NCBI GenBank assembly: GCA_963664705.1
Contig: OY761556.1
Coordinates: forward strand, 2,020,795-2,084,794
DNA length: 64,000 nt
Origin: Acidobacteriota bacterium
Lineage (GTDB): Bacteria > Acidobacteriota > UBA6911
Direction: 5' to 3'
The position numbers and the translations under genes were made by a program. Within the stretch, counting starts at the first letter, position 1. Every line of letters begins with the position of its first letter. A model generated the notes under the pieces. It was not told where the DNA came from. It saw nothing but the letters and a program-made list of their open reading frames with translations, and searched no databases. Shown here piece after piece: positions 30,262 to 39,875 of the stretch.

Positions 30262-31395
30262 CTACCTGAATTGAATCGAAATGCCGCTGCCGGAAATATT
30301 CAGATCCATGGCAAGCGAAGTCTTTGCCAGATCGGGAACCGGCACTTTGGCGGTCATCCGCAAAATACTCATATTCAGTTTATATTCTCCCGGAGGAACC
30401 GCCTTGGTGAACTTGCAGTTTCCATGGTTTCCTTCCGTCAGAATCGGCGTGGACTGATAGGATCCGGATGCGCCTTCCAGAACGAGGACGAAACCGTCCA
30501 GACGATCCATATTCCAGCTGCCGCCGGACTTGTTGATGCTGACGTTGATGGTTTTGGGAGCCTTCTTGGCGGCATCTTCCTTCTTGTCCGCTTCGCCTCG
30601 ATCCCTTGATTTTTTGACAATGTCGCCAATCCAGGTATCGATCATTTTTTGAAGTTCACCGGATGATTTCAGACGATCGATGGTGGCATTAACCTTGGCC
30701 AACAACGCAGTCTCACCCTTCCGCACCACCGCCACATACTTGTACTTATTAACCTGCTCCGGCAGAGTGGTGGTGTTCGGATAGCTGTTGAAGCTGCTGT
30801 AGGAAATCATGATCTCATCGCCAATGACCGCGTTGATTTCAGCGCGGTTCAATGCACCCAGGGCATCATCCAAGGTAGGGAATTTCTTGACGGTGATATC
30901 TTTTTGGGTGGCCAGGAAGGTATCCGCCGGACGCCCGGAGGCAACGCCGACCATCTTCCCCTTCAGACTCGCAAGGTCCTTAACATCAAAGTCATTGCGC
31001 TGATGAGCAATCACATCGCTGCTCTCATAATACGGCTGTGAAAAAGCGAAATCCTTTTCTCTGGCCGGATCACTGGCGATCGCGGAAATCACTACCTCAG
31101 CCTCGCCGTTCTTGAGCAGATCGAGAACGTGATCATAGCCATTGGCTTTCACCCAGTTCACCTCGATATTGAGATCTTTCCCAATCTCGTTTCCGAGATC
31201 TATGTCGAGGCCTTGAACGCCGGTTCCCGCGCCAAACTCAAACGGAGCATTCCGGGCATCCGTGACGATGGCGATCTTTTTATGTTTCTTCATGCTTGCT
31301 TCGGCGCTGGGGATTTCTTTTTCTTTCTTACCGCAACCGATTGCGATCAGCATCAAGCCGACCATCATCAAAACAATGTATTTTGTTATTCGCAA
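30262..31395 (-). CDS. lipoprotein: family-3 solute-binding (amino-acid-type SBP) domain plus an extra C-terminal domain
   Basis: Lipobox ..LIAIGC, an SBP_bac_3-like body (IAIVTDARNAPFEF..., ..AVIGDEIM..) and a ~110-aa C-terminal extension after a Lys/Asp-rich linker. TTG start with AGGAGG 6 nt upstream. Confidence 0.7.
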   Translation of the reverse strand: MRITKYIVLMMVGLMLIAIGCGKKEKEIPSAEASMKKHKKIAIVTDARNAPFEFGAGTGVQGLDIDLGNEIGKDLNIEVNWVKANGYDHVLDLLKNGEAEVVISAIASDPAREKDFAFSQPYYESSDVIAHQRNDFDVKDLASLKGKMVGVASGRPADTFLATQKDITVKKFPTLDDALGALNRAEINAVIGDEIMISYSSFNSYPNTTTLPEQVNKYKYVAVVRKGETALLAKVNATIDRLKSSGELQKMIDTWIGDIVKKSRDRGEADKKEDAAKKAPKTINVSINKSGGSWNMDRLDGFVLVLEGASGSYQSTPILTEGNHGNCKFTKAVPPGEYKLNMSILRMTAKVPVPDLAKTSLAMDLNISGSGISIQFR

Positions 31396-31645
31396 GTCTT
31401 ACCTCCTTGGAGATATATAGGAGCTTCAATTCATTGCATTACGATTGCATGGGTATTCTAGCCAAATTAGCATTATGACCAAAGCTTTTTTAACATTCTT
31501 AGTTTCTAAAAGTATCGGGGAGGCTCCTCGCTGAAAGCCGGGCACTTCGTTCCCTTCCCCCAGTAGCGTCCTAAAGCCCTCTGGAAGGGGGCCGGCCATA
31601 GGATCCTCTAAATACATTAGATGCGATTCGGAGACCATTGTTCCG

Positions 31646-32833
31646 CTACAGATCACGCTTTCCATAAGTAAACGACATCGAACCGGCCGCTAGCAGACAA
31701 AAAGCGGCTCCGAGCATGCAAACGCCCCCATAGCCCCGTAATCCAAACAGAATCCCTGACATAAGTGTAGCAAGACCGATGCCCAATTGGGAAAACGAGT
31801 TCTTTAGGGCTACAAAAGCTCCTCGCGAGCCGGAGGGGACAATCTCGGTCAGGACAGCCTCCATCGGTCCCTGCCGGAATGCAGCCGCCAGACTGACCAA
31901 CCCAAAAACCAGAAACATCATCTTGCCCCACTGGAGCTTGGGAAGAAGAAGCAGAAACCCCGCGAGTGCGACGCTGCTGACGACAACCTGCAATCGCTTT
32001 CCGATTCTGTCGGCAATAGCTCCTGCGAATGGAGACGCCAGCAAGGCCGCTCCACCCGCAATCAGAAATACCAGGCCGATCCGACTGCTCGGAATGCCAA
32101 AGGCACCGTGAAGCCATTCACCGAAAAACGCAAGGAACCCCATTGTCCCCGCTGAAGCAAAGAAAGAACTCATCAAGGCGCCAATCGCGCCCGGGAATTT
32201 AAGGAATCCGGCATAGATTCTGATAGTTTCGACAACGGGCGTGCGCCTCGCCTGTGCTGCGGTCGTGGAGAGATCTCTCAGAAAAACCTGGACCGATATA
32301 AGCAAAATCAGACTAACCAGCGCCATGACTCCAAACACCGAATTCCATCCATACCGCTCGCCAAACCATGAGCCCAGTGGCACTCCGAGGACAAGGGCGG
32401 CATAATAGGATGAAAATATGGAACCCATCGCCCAACCTCGATTTTCATAGGGGAAAAAATCGGCGGCATACGATATCGTGTTCAGGCTGAGCATGCTCGC
32501 TCCCATGCCGGTCAAAATCCTCCCACATAAAAGCGCGTAAAATCCGTTGGAAAAATAGGAGGCACAGGAGCCAAGGCAAAAGACAATCAGACCGGTCATC
32601 AGGCCGCGCTTGCGTCCAAACACATCCGAGACGCGGCCCCAGATGAGAACCGAGAGCCCCGCGCAAATCGAATACCCGGTGAAGAGCAACCCTATTTCTG
32701 AAAAGGACCGGCCGAATTGCATCCGGATCGCGGGGAGAAGCGGACTGAGGATCTGATTGTCCGCAACCCCGACAAAGAGGATAAGAAACAGACACGCAAC
32801 AACCCTTCGTTGGTCTCTCTGCCGGAGTGTCAT
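31646..32833 (-). CDS. MFS transporter
   Basis: 395 aa, ~12 predicted TM helices, and the MFS loop 2-3 motif (GRVSDVFGRKRG). Confidence 0.85.
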   Translation of the reverse strand: MTLRQRDQRRVVACLFLILFVGVADNQILSPLLPAIRMQFGRSFSEIGLLFTGYSICAGLSVLIWGRVSDVFGRKRGLMTGLIVFCLGSCASYFSNGFYALLCGRILTGMGASMLSLNTISYAADFFPYENRGWAMGSIFSSYYAALVLGVPLGSWFGERYGWNSVFGVMALVSLILLISVQVFLRDLSTTAAQARRTPVVETIRIYAGFLKFPGAIGALMSSFFASAGTMGFLAFFGEWLHGAFGIPSSRIGLVFLIAGGAALLASPFAGAIADRIGKRLQVVVSSVALAGFLLLLPKLQWGKMMFLVFGLVSLAAAFRQGPMEAVLTEIVPSGSRGAFVALKNSFSQLGIGLATLMSGILFGLRGYGGVCMLGAAFCLLAAGSMSFTYGKRDL

Positions 32834-32839
32834 GCCAGA

Positions 32840-33199
32840 TTATTCGAAGTGCTTGATTTGCAGGTGCTCCGCTGCAATATCGGTCTGATCCACGACAGAT
32901 GCGGCCGCAACGCCCATTGCAATGACAATGGCTTCGCTGATTTCCTCAGGCGTCGCCCCGAACTTCTTTGCCTTTTTGATATGTCCGCTCAAACAGCCCT
33001 GGCACTTGAAACCCAGGGCCGCGGCAATCGCAATGAGTTCCTTGGTTTTCCGATCTATTTTGGATTTCTTGTAGGTCTCCTGGTAGAACTCGAAATAGAT
33101 CTTTTTCATCCGCGCTTCGACCATCGTATAGGATGGCCATTTACCCTGCGGCTCTGGTGTGATCGCGTTTTCCTGTGGGGCATCCGACGGATTCTTCAT
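32840..33199 (-). CDS. carboxymuconolactone decarboxylase (AhpD-like) family protein
   Basis: 119 aa with a CMD/AhpD-core pattern including CxxC (GFKCQGCLSGHIKKAKKFGATPEEISEAI). Confidence 0.8.
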   Translation of the reverse strand: MKNPSDAPQENAITPEPQGKWPSYTMVEARMKKIYFEFYQETYKKSKIDRKTKELIAIAAALGFKCQGCLSGHIKKAKKFGATPEEISEAIVIAMGVAAASVVDQTDIAAEHLQIKHFE

Positions 33200-33329
33200 A
33201 CCATTATCCTCATTCGAGTTCCGAAGTATTGAGCGATACTAACATATTCCATTGATGATTTACGATTGACGAATGACGATTGTATCGCGTTGATCGCAGC
33301 AAACCGCCCATGGAATCCGGTACCCAGCC

Positions 33330-33827
33330 CTAGAGTATTCTTTCCATGATCCAGGCATCCTCCACCGGGTCGGTGTAGTAATTCAGGCGTGTCCCGGCAA
33401 TCCGGAAATTGTGGCGATTGTAGAAAAGTATGGCGGTTTGATTGGACTTGCGAACTTCAAGGAAGCACCGGTTGCATCCCCGACGAATGCCCTCGGAGTA
33501 GGCATTCTCCATCAGTTCCGTGCCAATACCCTGCCGGTGATATTCCGGAAAGACTCCGAGTTTCAGAATCTCCAGATTATCGTAAATGGATCGCGCCAGA
33601 AAGAAACCGGCGATCGACTCCCTTACCGATGGAGAACTGATCACAGCCTTGCATCCGAAATATTCGGGGAATTCTTCCAGAAACCGCCGGTAGTTGTCGT
33701 TGCCCCAAAACGCCAGTTTAACCTGGTCTTCAAGCGGTTGCAGGAAAGGAATGTCGTCGACGGTCAGGCGGGCAACATAGCAATTTGAAATCATCTCAGC
33801 GCTTTTTGCTTTTGTTTTTGAGGGCAT
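33330..33827 (-). CDS. rimI: ribosomal-protein-alanine N-acetyltransferase (GNAT)
   Basis: GNAT acetyl-CoA motif (VFPEYHRQGIGTELM). It lies immediately downstream of and overlapping tsaB, the classical tsaB-rimI arrangement. Confidence 0.75.
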   Translation of the reverse strand: MPSKTKAKSAEMISNCYVARLTVDDIPFLQPLEDQVKLAFWGNDNYRRFLEEFPEYFGCKAVISSPSVRESIAGFFLARSIYDNLEILKLGVFPEYHRQGIGTELMENAYSEGIRRGCNRCFLEVRKSNQTAILFYNRHNFRIAGTRLNYYTDPVEDAWIMERIL

Positions 33828-34500
33828 CCGGAGGCCTTATATACATGGGGTCGGCAGCGATATCTTCGCCCGAACGCCAGACCCGTTTTCGCGCAAGTGC
33901 CAGCCTGCCTATCCGTGCCGCCAGAAACAAATCTGCTTCTATTGCACGGTTCAATATCCCAGGTTTGCTTTTTATCTCCTCCAGCCGGCACGCCTTCAGC
34001 TCACCAACAATATATGTATGCCTGTCTGAAAGGTGATGTTCAAGATCAGAAATGCTGGAAAGTGCAGGCTTCCCGGATGACCGAATTCTGCCGTTTTTGC
34101 CCAGATAGGTGCCACAGTACAGCTGGGAGCGGTGTGCATCCAGTACTGCAAGAATTTTTCCATCCAGGTAGGAAAATTGATGGGCGATGGCATCCAGTCC
34201 GGAAACTCCTGCAAATGGAATGGCCAGTGACTGAGCTAACCCCAGGGCCGTCGCAATTCCGATCCGAATGCCCGTAAAGGAACCGGGACCGATGCCAACG
34301 GCAACCAGATTCAAATCTCCCAATCCCCATCCGACTCTGCCCAGTAGAAAGTCGATTGAGCTTAATAATAGAGCCGAATGCGTTTGCAGTGAATTCAGGC
34401 GAAGTTCCGCGCGCAATTCTTCACCTTCCAGTAAGGCGACACTACCCCGCACGGATGAGGTATCAAAAGAAAGAATCTTTGGGGCCACGCTCACAGGCAT
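33796..34500 (-). CDS. tsaB: tRNA threonylcarbamoyladenosine biosynthesis protein TsaB
   Basis: YeaZ/TsaB pattern (ILSFDTSSVRGSVALLEG..., VAVGIGPGSFTGIRIGIATALGLA). I moved the start to ATG 34500 (MPVSVAPKIL...). Confidence 0.85.
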   Translation of the reverse strand: MPVSVAPKILSFDTSSVRGSVALLEGEELRAELRLNSLQTHSALLLSSIDFLLGRVGWGLGDLNLVAVGIGPGSFTGIRIGIATALGLAQSLAIPFAGVSGLDAIAHQFSYLDGKILAVLDAHRSQLYCGTYLGKNGRIRSSGKPALSSISDLEHHLSDRHTYIVGELKACRLEEIKSKPGILNRAIEADLFLAARIGRLALARKRVWRSGEDIAADPMYIRPPDALKNKSKKR

Positions 34501-34636
34501 CATCATTGACAACAGCAGGAAGCGGATTATATACTGCAGCCTCTTTATATACAAGGATTTGTGATCCGGTTCCCGTAGTTAAATCCAAGAATTTCCGCGA
34601 AAATCCGCGGTTGAATCCCCTCGGAAAGCCAAGTTG

Positions 34637-37138
34637 ATGGAAGACCTCACCCCAATGATGAGACAGTATCATGAGGTCAAGAGGCGCTTTCCCGGCAAAC
34701 TGGTCTTCTTTCGCCTCGGCGATTTCTATGAAATGTTTTACGAGGATGCGGTACTTGCGTCCCGTGAACTTGAAATCACCCTGACCTCGCGCAATAAGGA
34801 TAAAAGCGGGGCTCCCATTCCCATGTGTGGCGTGCCCTATCACTCGGTCGACGGCTACATTGCCCGTTTGATGAAAAAGGGATACAAGATTGCCATCTGT
34901 GAGCAGGTGGAAGATCCGCGCAGCGCAAAGAAACTCGTTCACCGCGAAGTAACAAGAGTACTGACTCCCGGGACTGTCGTGGAGGAAATGCTCCTGGAGC
35001 CGAAAGATCACAATTACCTGGGCAGCCTTTGCATCCATGAGGAGGGTGTAGGACTCGCGTTCATGGATCTTTCCACTGCCGATTTTCTCGCGACCGAGTT
35101 TTCGTCGGACGAATCCTGGCATAAGGCGATCGATGAACTGACGCGTTTTTCGCCCAGGGAAATTGTTCTCTCTGAAGGTTCCAGCGAGGAAGTAAGGCAG
35201 CGACTGGTCCGCGACTGGTCCGACTCATGGGTATCCAGCCCGATCGACGACTGGACATTTAATTATGATTACGCGCAGCGGATCCTTCTTGAACATTTCG
35301 GACTCGCCAGCCTGGATGGGCTTGGGGCGTCCGGAAAATCACTGTCTGTCTGCGCCGCCGGCGCACTGATACACTATCTGCGCGATTCGCAATTGACCGC
35401 GCTGGGCAAAGTCGCAACCCTGCGCTTTTTCGAGCCGTCCGACTTTCTGAAGCTTGACGCCTCCACGGTTACGAACCTCGAACTGGTTCAGACTCTGGAT
35501 GGATCCAAGAAGGGTTCGCTTTTCTCATTTCTGGACATGACACACACGGGCATGGGAGCGCGCCTGCTAAAATCCTGGCTGCTGCTGCCGCTGCTCAATC
35601 TTGAGGAATTACAGAGGCGGCAGGATTCCATTGAAGTCATGACATCCAGCATTCAGATGCATGGGCGCCTCACGACACAGCTGTCTGAAATTCACGACCT
35701 GGAAAGGCTGATCAGCCGTGTGATGGTCGGGGTTGCCACCCCCCGGGAGCTTCTTGCTTTGAGGGACTCCCTCCGGGTTATTCCCGCCATCCGGGATCTT
35801 TTGACCGTGTTCCCTTCCCCGCGAGTTTCGGAAATTCGCGCAAATCTGGACCCACTGGAAGACGTTGTTCTTTTGATCGAAACCGCAATCTCGGACGATC
35901 CGCCGGCGTCCGCATCCGATCCCGGAATCATCCGGAACGGGTATTCCCCGGAACTGGATGAATTGCGATCCATTCGTCATAGCGGCAAAGGATACATTGC
36001 ATCGCTCGAGGCCCGGGAACGGCAGAAAACGGGAATCTCATCGCTCAAGGTGAAGTTCAACCAGGTTTTCGGATATTTCATCGAAGTCACAAATTCCAAC
36101 CTTTCCCAGGTGCCTTCGAACTATATCCGAAAGCAGACACTGGTCAATTGCGAGCGTTTTGTAACCGAGGAATTGCAGCAATACGAGGAAAAAGTTCTTG
36201 GTGCGGAAGAGCGGATTGCAACGTTGGAGAAAGAACTGTTTGGCCAGGTGCGCAAATCCGTGGCCGTGCAGGGACTGCGAATCCAGACAACGGCGCGCCT
36301 TCTCGGCGAACTGGATGCATATGCCTCGCTATCCGAAGTCGCCGTCAAAAACGGCTATGTTCGCCCCAGGTTGACTGCCGGGGATGAGATATTTATCCGT
36401 GACGGCCGCCACCCCGTCGTCGAGTTGCAGAGTCAGCCCTTCATTCCGAATGACTTGTATCTCAACTCCACGACCGATCAACTGATTGTTTTGACCGGGC
36501 CGAATATGGGTGGAAAGTCCACCTACCTTCGGCAGACCGCGCTGATCGTTATCCTGGCGCAGATGGGTTCTTTTGTTCCCGCCGGCGAAGCGCGACTTGG
36601 ATGCGTCGACCGCATCTACACACGCGTCGGCGCTTCCGACAACCTGGCACGCGGAAGATCCACCTTCATGGTGGAAATGATTGAAACGGCAAACATTCTG
36701 AACACCGCTACAACGCGCAGCCTCATTCTGCTTGATGAAGTCGGCCGAGGCACGGCTACATTTGACGGACTGTCTCTGGCCTGGGCGATTGCGGAATACC
36801 TGGTGCAGAATCCTGTCCATCGCGCAAAAACTCTTTTCGCCACGCATTATCATGAACTGACAAAAATGTCCGAGGTTCATCCCGGCGTCAGGAATTATTG
36901 TATGGCGATTCAGGAGGTCGGCAAGGAGATCGTCTTTCTACGAAAAGTCACTCCAGGCGCCGCCGACAAAAGCTATGGTATCGAGGTGGCTCGTCTCGCC
37001 GGGATGCCCCGGGATGTCCTGACCAGGGCGAACAAAATTCTCGAAAAACTTGAAAGAAAAGAAATAGACCTGACGGGTCGCGCGCACAGACGTTCGACGG
37101 ATGAAGTGCTGGATGAAATGCAGAAGTCGCTTTTTTAA
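34637..37138 (+). CDS. mutS: DNA mismatch repair protein MutS
   Basis: TPMMRQYHEVKRRFPG..FFRLGDFYEMF mismatch-binding N-terminus, Walker A GPNMGGKST and a C-terminal HTH region. ATG 34637 follows the TTG at 34634. Confidence 0.95.
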   Translation: MEDLTPMMRQYHEVKRRFPGKLVFFRLGDFYEMFYEDAVLASRELEITLTSRNKDKSGAPIPMCGVPYHSVDGYIARLMKKGYKIAICEQVEDPRSAKKLVHREVTRVLTPGTVVEEMLLEPKDHNYLGSLCIHEEGVGLAFMDLSTADFLATEFSSDESWHKAIDELTRFSPREIVLSEGSSEEVRQRLVRDWSDSWVSSPIDDWTFNYDYAQRILLEHFGLASLDGLGASGKSLSVCAAGALIHYLRDSQLTALGKVATLRFFEPSDFLKLDASTVTNLELVQTLDGSKKGSLFSFLDMTHTGMGARLLKSWLLLPLLNLEELQRRQDSIEVMTSSIQMHGRLTTQLSEIHDLERLISRVMVGVATPRELLALRDSLRVIPAIRDLLTVFPSPRVSEIRANLDPLEDVVLLIETAISDDPPASASDPGIIRNGYSPELDELRSIRHSGKGYIASLEARERQKTGISSLKVKFNQVFGYFIEVTNSNLSQVPSNYIRKQTLVNCERFVTEELQQYEEKVLGAEERIATLEKELFGQVRKSVAVQGLRIQTTARLLGELDAYASLSEVAVKNGYVRPRLTAGDEIFIRDGRHPVVELQSQPFIPNDLYLNSTTDQLIVLTGPNMGGKSTYLRQTALIVILAQMGSFVPAGEARLGCVDRIYTRVGASDNLARGRSTFMVEMIETANILNTATTRSLILLDEVGRGTATFDGLSLAWAIAEYLVQNPVHRAKTLFATHYHELTKMSEVHPGVRNYCMAIQEVGKEIVFLRKVTPGAADKSYGIEVARLAGMPRDVLTRANKILEKLERKEIDLTGRAHRRSTDEVLDEMQKSLF

Positions 37139-37150
37139 ATCAAGAATGAA

Positions 37151-38860
37151 ATGCCGGTTGCGAACATGGTCAACAGCGGTCTGAAAATTAACGCCACCCT
37201 CCTTCACACGATCATCCTCGCGCTGATCTGCCTCCCCTATTGCATAAATCTGGGGAAATCATCCATTTGGGATGCAAACGAGGCTTTTTATGCAGAAACG
37301 CCGCGGGAAATGATGGTTCGAGGTGACTACCTGGCGCCTCATTTCAACTTTCAGCCCCGCACGCAAAAGCCTCCCCTGACCTACTGGATTGTCCTTGCTT
37401 CTTATAAGCTATTTGGCGTCGACGAATTTGCGGTTCGCTTCCCCAGCGCCCTGGCAGCAATCGGCACGATATTGTTTTCCTACGGAATGGCAGCCATTCT
37501 GTTCGGACGACGTGCTGCCCTGTTTGCGGCAGTCATTACCGGGATAACGGCGCGCATCTTTATACTGGCGCGCCGCCTTCCCATCGATATTCTGCTCGTC
37601 TTCTTTCTGACGGGAGCGCTCTTTTTTCTCATTCGCGCCATTCAAAGATCCGACAGGCGCAGCTGGATTTTCTTTTACATATTTGTCAGCCTGGGCTTTC
37701 TTACAAAAGGTCCCATCGCTATCTTCCTTCCTGTCGGCACCTATATTCTCTGGAGTCTGTGGGCAGGCAAGGAAAAGCATCCCATCCGGTCATTCTGGCA
37801 AGCGCTCTTGGATACGCGTCCTGTGCTGGGAGCACTTCTCTTCGCCGGTATTGTTCTGCCCTGGTACGTGCTTATCTACAGAGCTCACGGCTGGCTGTAT
37901 ATTTCACCGTTTTTTCTTCGCGACAATTTCGGCCGTTTCGCGGCTGAATCTTTGGGCCCCTCCCGGAGCGTGCTTTATTATTTTTCCATTTTCGCAACGG
38001 ACTTCTTCCCGTGGTCTCTTCTGGGATTGCCCGCTGTTTACTACCTGTGGATTCATCGCAAAGAGCGCCTTTTAAAAAACACGGCCTTCGGCCTGCCCGC
38101 TCTGTGGTGCCTTCTGATATTTGCGTTCTTCTCGCTCTCCAGAAATAAGCAGGAATATTACATCGCGCCAATGTATCCGGGCGCAGCCCTGCTTCTTTCA
38201 GGCATCCTTGACAGAATAGCCGGCAAATCGGCCTTCCGCGAAGAGCTTAAGGGCTGCGCATTTTGGAACTGGATTTATGGAACGCTGGCGATTCTTCTCC
38301 TGTTGCTTGCCTCCTTCATGCCGTATATTCTCAGCTTCTTTATGCCCGGCATCACACCCGTGCTAGACTATGGCCCGTCGATTGTTTTACTGGCAGGGGC
38401 CTTATCGTGCCTGTGGAGCGTGCTGCGCGGCAAACAAATGGGTTCTTTTTTTGCGGTGGCGTCGTCGCTGTGGGCTATTTACCTGACTTGCGCGCTTGTG
38501 TATTTACCCGCTTTGGAAACGTCGCGTCCGGTAAAGGATTTTTGCAGAACGATTGAATCCAGATTTCAATCGAACGACGAGGCCGGATATTTCGGTACAG
38601 CGCTTCCCAGCATGGCGTATTATCTTCGCCGGCCTATTTTCGAGGAAAGCAGTTCGGAGCAGATGATGCAGAAATTTCAATCAGGAAAGCGGATTTTCTG
38701 CGTATTGAGTCAAAAGGACTTTGCCTCTTTCTCCGACAATAAGGACCTTCATTTACATATACTCGACCGACATGCCAGGTTCTCAGTACATCTTAATACT
38801 GTTTTAAACGCCGGACATCACACGGGGAATGAGCTGCTGCTCGTTTCGAATCGGCCTTAG
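37151..38860 (+). CDS. glycosyltransferase family 39 (ArnT/PMT-like, lipid-carrier-dependent)
   Basis: 569-aa polytopic protein with an ArnT/PMT-type first periplasmic loop (SIWDANEAFYAETPREM) and many TM helices. Confidence 0.8.
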   Translation: MPVANMVNSGLKINATLLHTIILALICLPYCINLGKSSIWDANEAFYAETPREMMVRGDYLAPHFNFQPRTQKPPLTYWIVLASYKLFGVDEFAVRFPSALAAIGTILFSYGMAAILFGRRAALFAAVITGITARIFILARRLPIDILLVFFLTGALFFLIRAIQRSDRRSWIFFYIFVSLGFLTKGPIAIFLPVGTYILWSLWAGKEKHPIRSFWQALLDTRPVLGALLFAGIVLPWYVLIYRAHGWLYISPFFLRDNFGRFAAESLGPSRSVLYYFSIFATDFFPWSLLGLPAVYYLWIHRKERLLKNTAFGLPALWCLLIFAFFSLSRNKQEYYIAPMYPGAALLLSGILDRIAGKSAFREELKGCAFWNWIYGTLAILLLLLASFMPYILSFFMPGITPVLDYGPSIVLLAGALSCLWSVLRGKQMGSFFAVASSLWAIYLTCALVYLPALETSRPVKDFCRTIESRFQSNDEAGYFGTALPSMAYYLRRPIFEESSSEQMMQKFQSGKRIFCVLSQKDFASFSDNKDLHLHILDRHARFSVHLNTVLNAGHHTGNELLLVSNRP

Positions 38861-38894
38861 CTGGCACTGGGCTTGGCAGGAGCAGCCCGAAGAT

Positions 38895-39875
38895 ATGAAA
38901 ACTAAACTTTTCGCAATTTTAAAGATCGCCGTAACAGCATTGCTGTTTGTTTTTATTTTTCGCAAAATCGATTTTCACCAGTTCGGGGAAACCCTTCGTA
39001 ATGCGCGGCTGGACATCCTTGCCCTTGCATTTATTGTCCTCTGGGCCGGCCACTATATCTGCATTTATCGCTGGCGCATGCTCATGCGTCCTCTGATGCC
39101 GGTTCTTTCTCTTGCCCAGTTATTTGGGATTTACTGTATCGGATTGTTCTTCAATCTGACGTTTCCCACCGTCGTAGGCGGAGATGTAGTCAAGATGTAT
39201 TATGCCGGCAAGCCTTCGAAGTCTTATGCGGAGAGTTTTGCGTCCACGTTTCTCGACCGTGATGCCGGCATGCTGGCTATGATGATTATTGCCTGCTACG
39301 CCATCCTCGTGCACCCTGTCCATGTGCCCAAGGTTCCGGTTCCTTTCATTGTATGGAGCGGATTCGTGGCCTTTGTTGCGGTCAATGTGGGTATATTTTC
39401 TCCCTATTTTCATCAGATACTTACAGGCTTGCTGAACCGTCTGCACCTGGGCAAAATCGCCGCAAAAGTGGACACCATTTCAAACGCATTCCGCATCATG
39501 GGCAAGCACAAATCGGTTCTCGTTCTGTCGCTTGTTATCTCATTCATCAATCAACTGCTGGTCATCGCGGTGACCTGGATTCTGGCGCTCGGGCTGCGCA
39601 TTCAAATCTCGTGGGTGCATTGTCTGATCTTTATTCCGGTAGTTACACTCATATCGATGATTCCGATCAGCCTCAACGGCATGGGCCTCCGCGAATATGC
39701 ATTTATGAGCCTCTTCGGCGCGGTTGGAATTCCTGCCTCATCCTGTATCGCGCTGGGACTACTGACATCTCTCTTCATCATCCTGTCTTCTATTCCGGGC
39801 GGCATCGTGTATATCTTTTTCCGGAACCGGTCAGACATGCAGCAGTTGGCTGAAATGGAAACCGAATTCTCATGA
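38895..39875 (+). CDS. flippase-like membrane protein (lysylphosphatidylglycerol synthase TM region / UPF0104 family)
   Basis: ~8 TM helices and an N-terminus KIAVTALLFVFIFRKIDF typical of this family. It sits between GT39 and GT2. Start chosen at ATG 38895. Confidence 0.65.
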   Translation: MKTKLFAILKIAVTALLFVFIFRKIDFHQFGETLRNARLDILALAFIVLWAGHYICIYRWRMLMRPLMPVLSLAQLFGIYCIGLFFNLTFPTVVGGDVVKMYYAGKPSKSYAESFASTFLDRDAGMLAMMIIACYAILVHPVHVPKVPVPFIVWSGFVAFVAVNVGIFSPYFHQILTGLLNRLHLGKIAAKVDTISNAFRIMGKHKSVLVLSLVISFINQLLVIAVTWILALGLRIQISWVHCLIFIPVVTLISMIPISLNGMGLREYAFMSLFGAVGIPASSCIALGLLTSLFIILSSIPGGIVYIFFRNRSDMQQLAEMETEFS

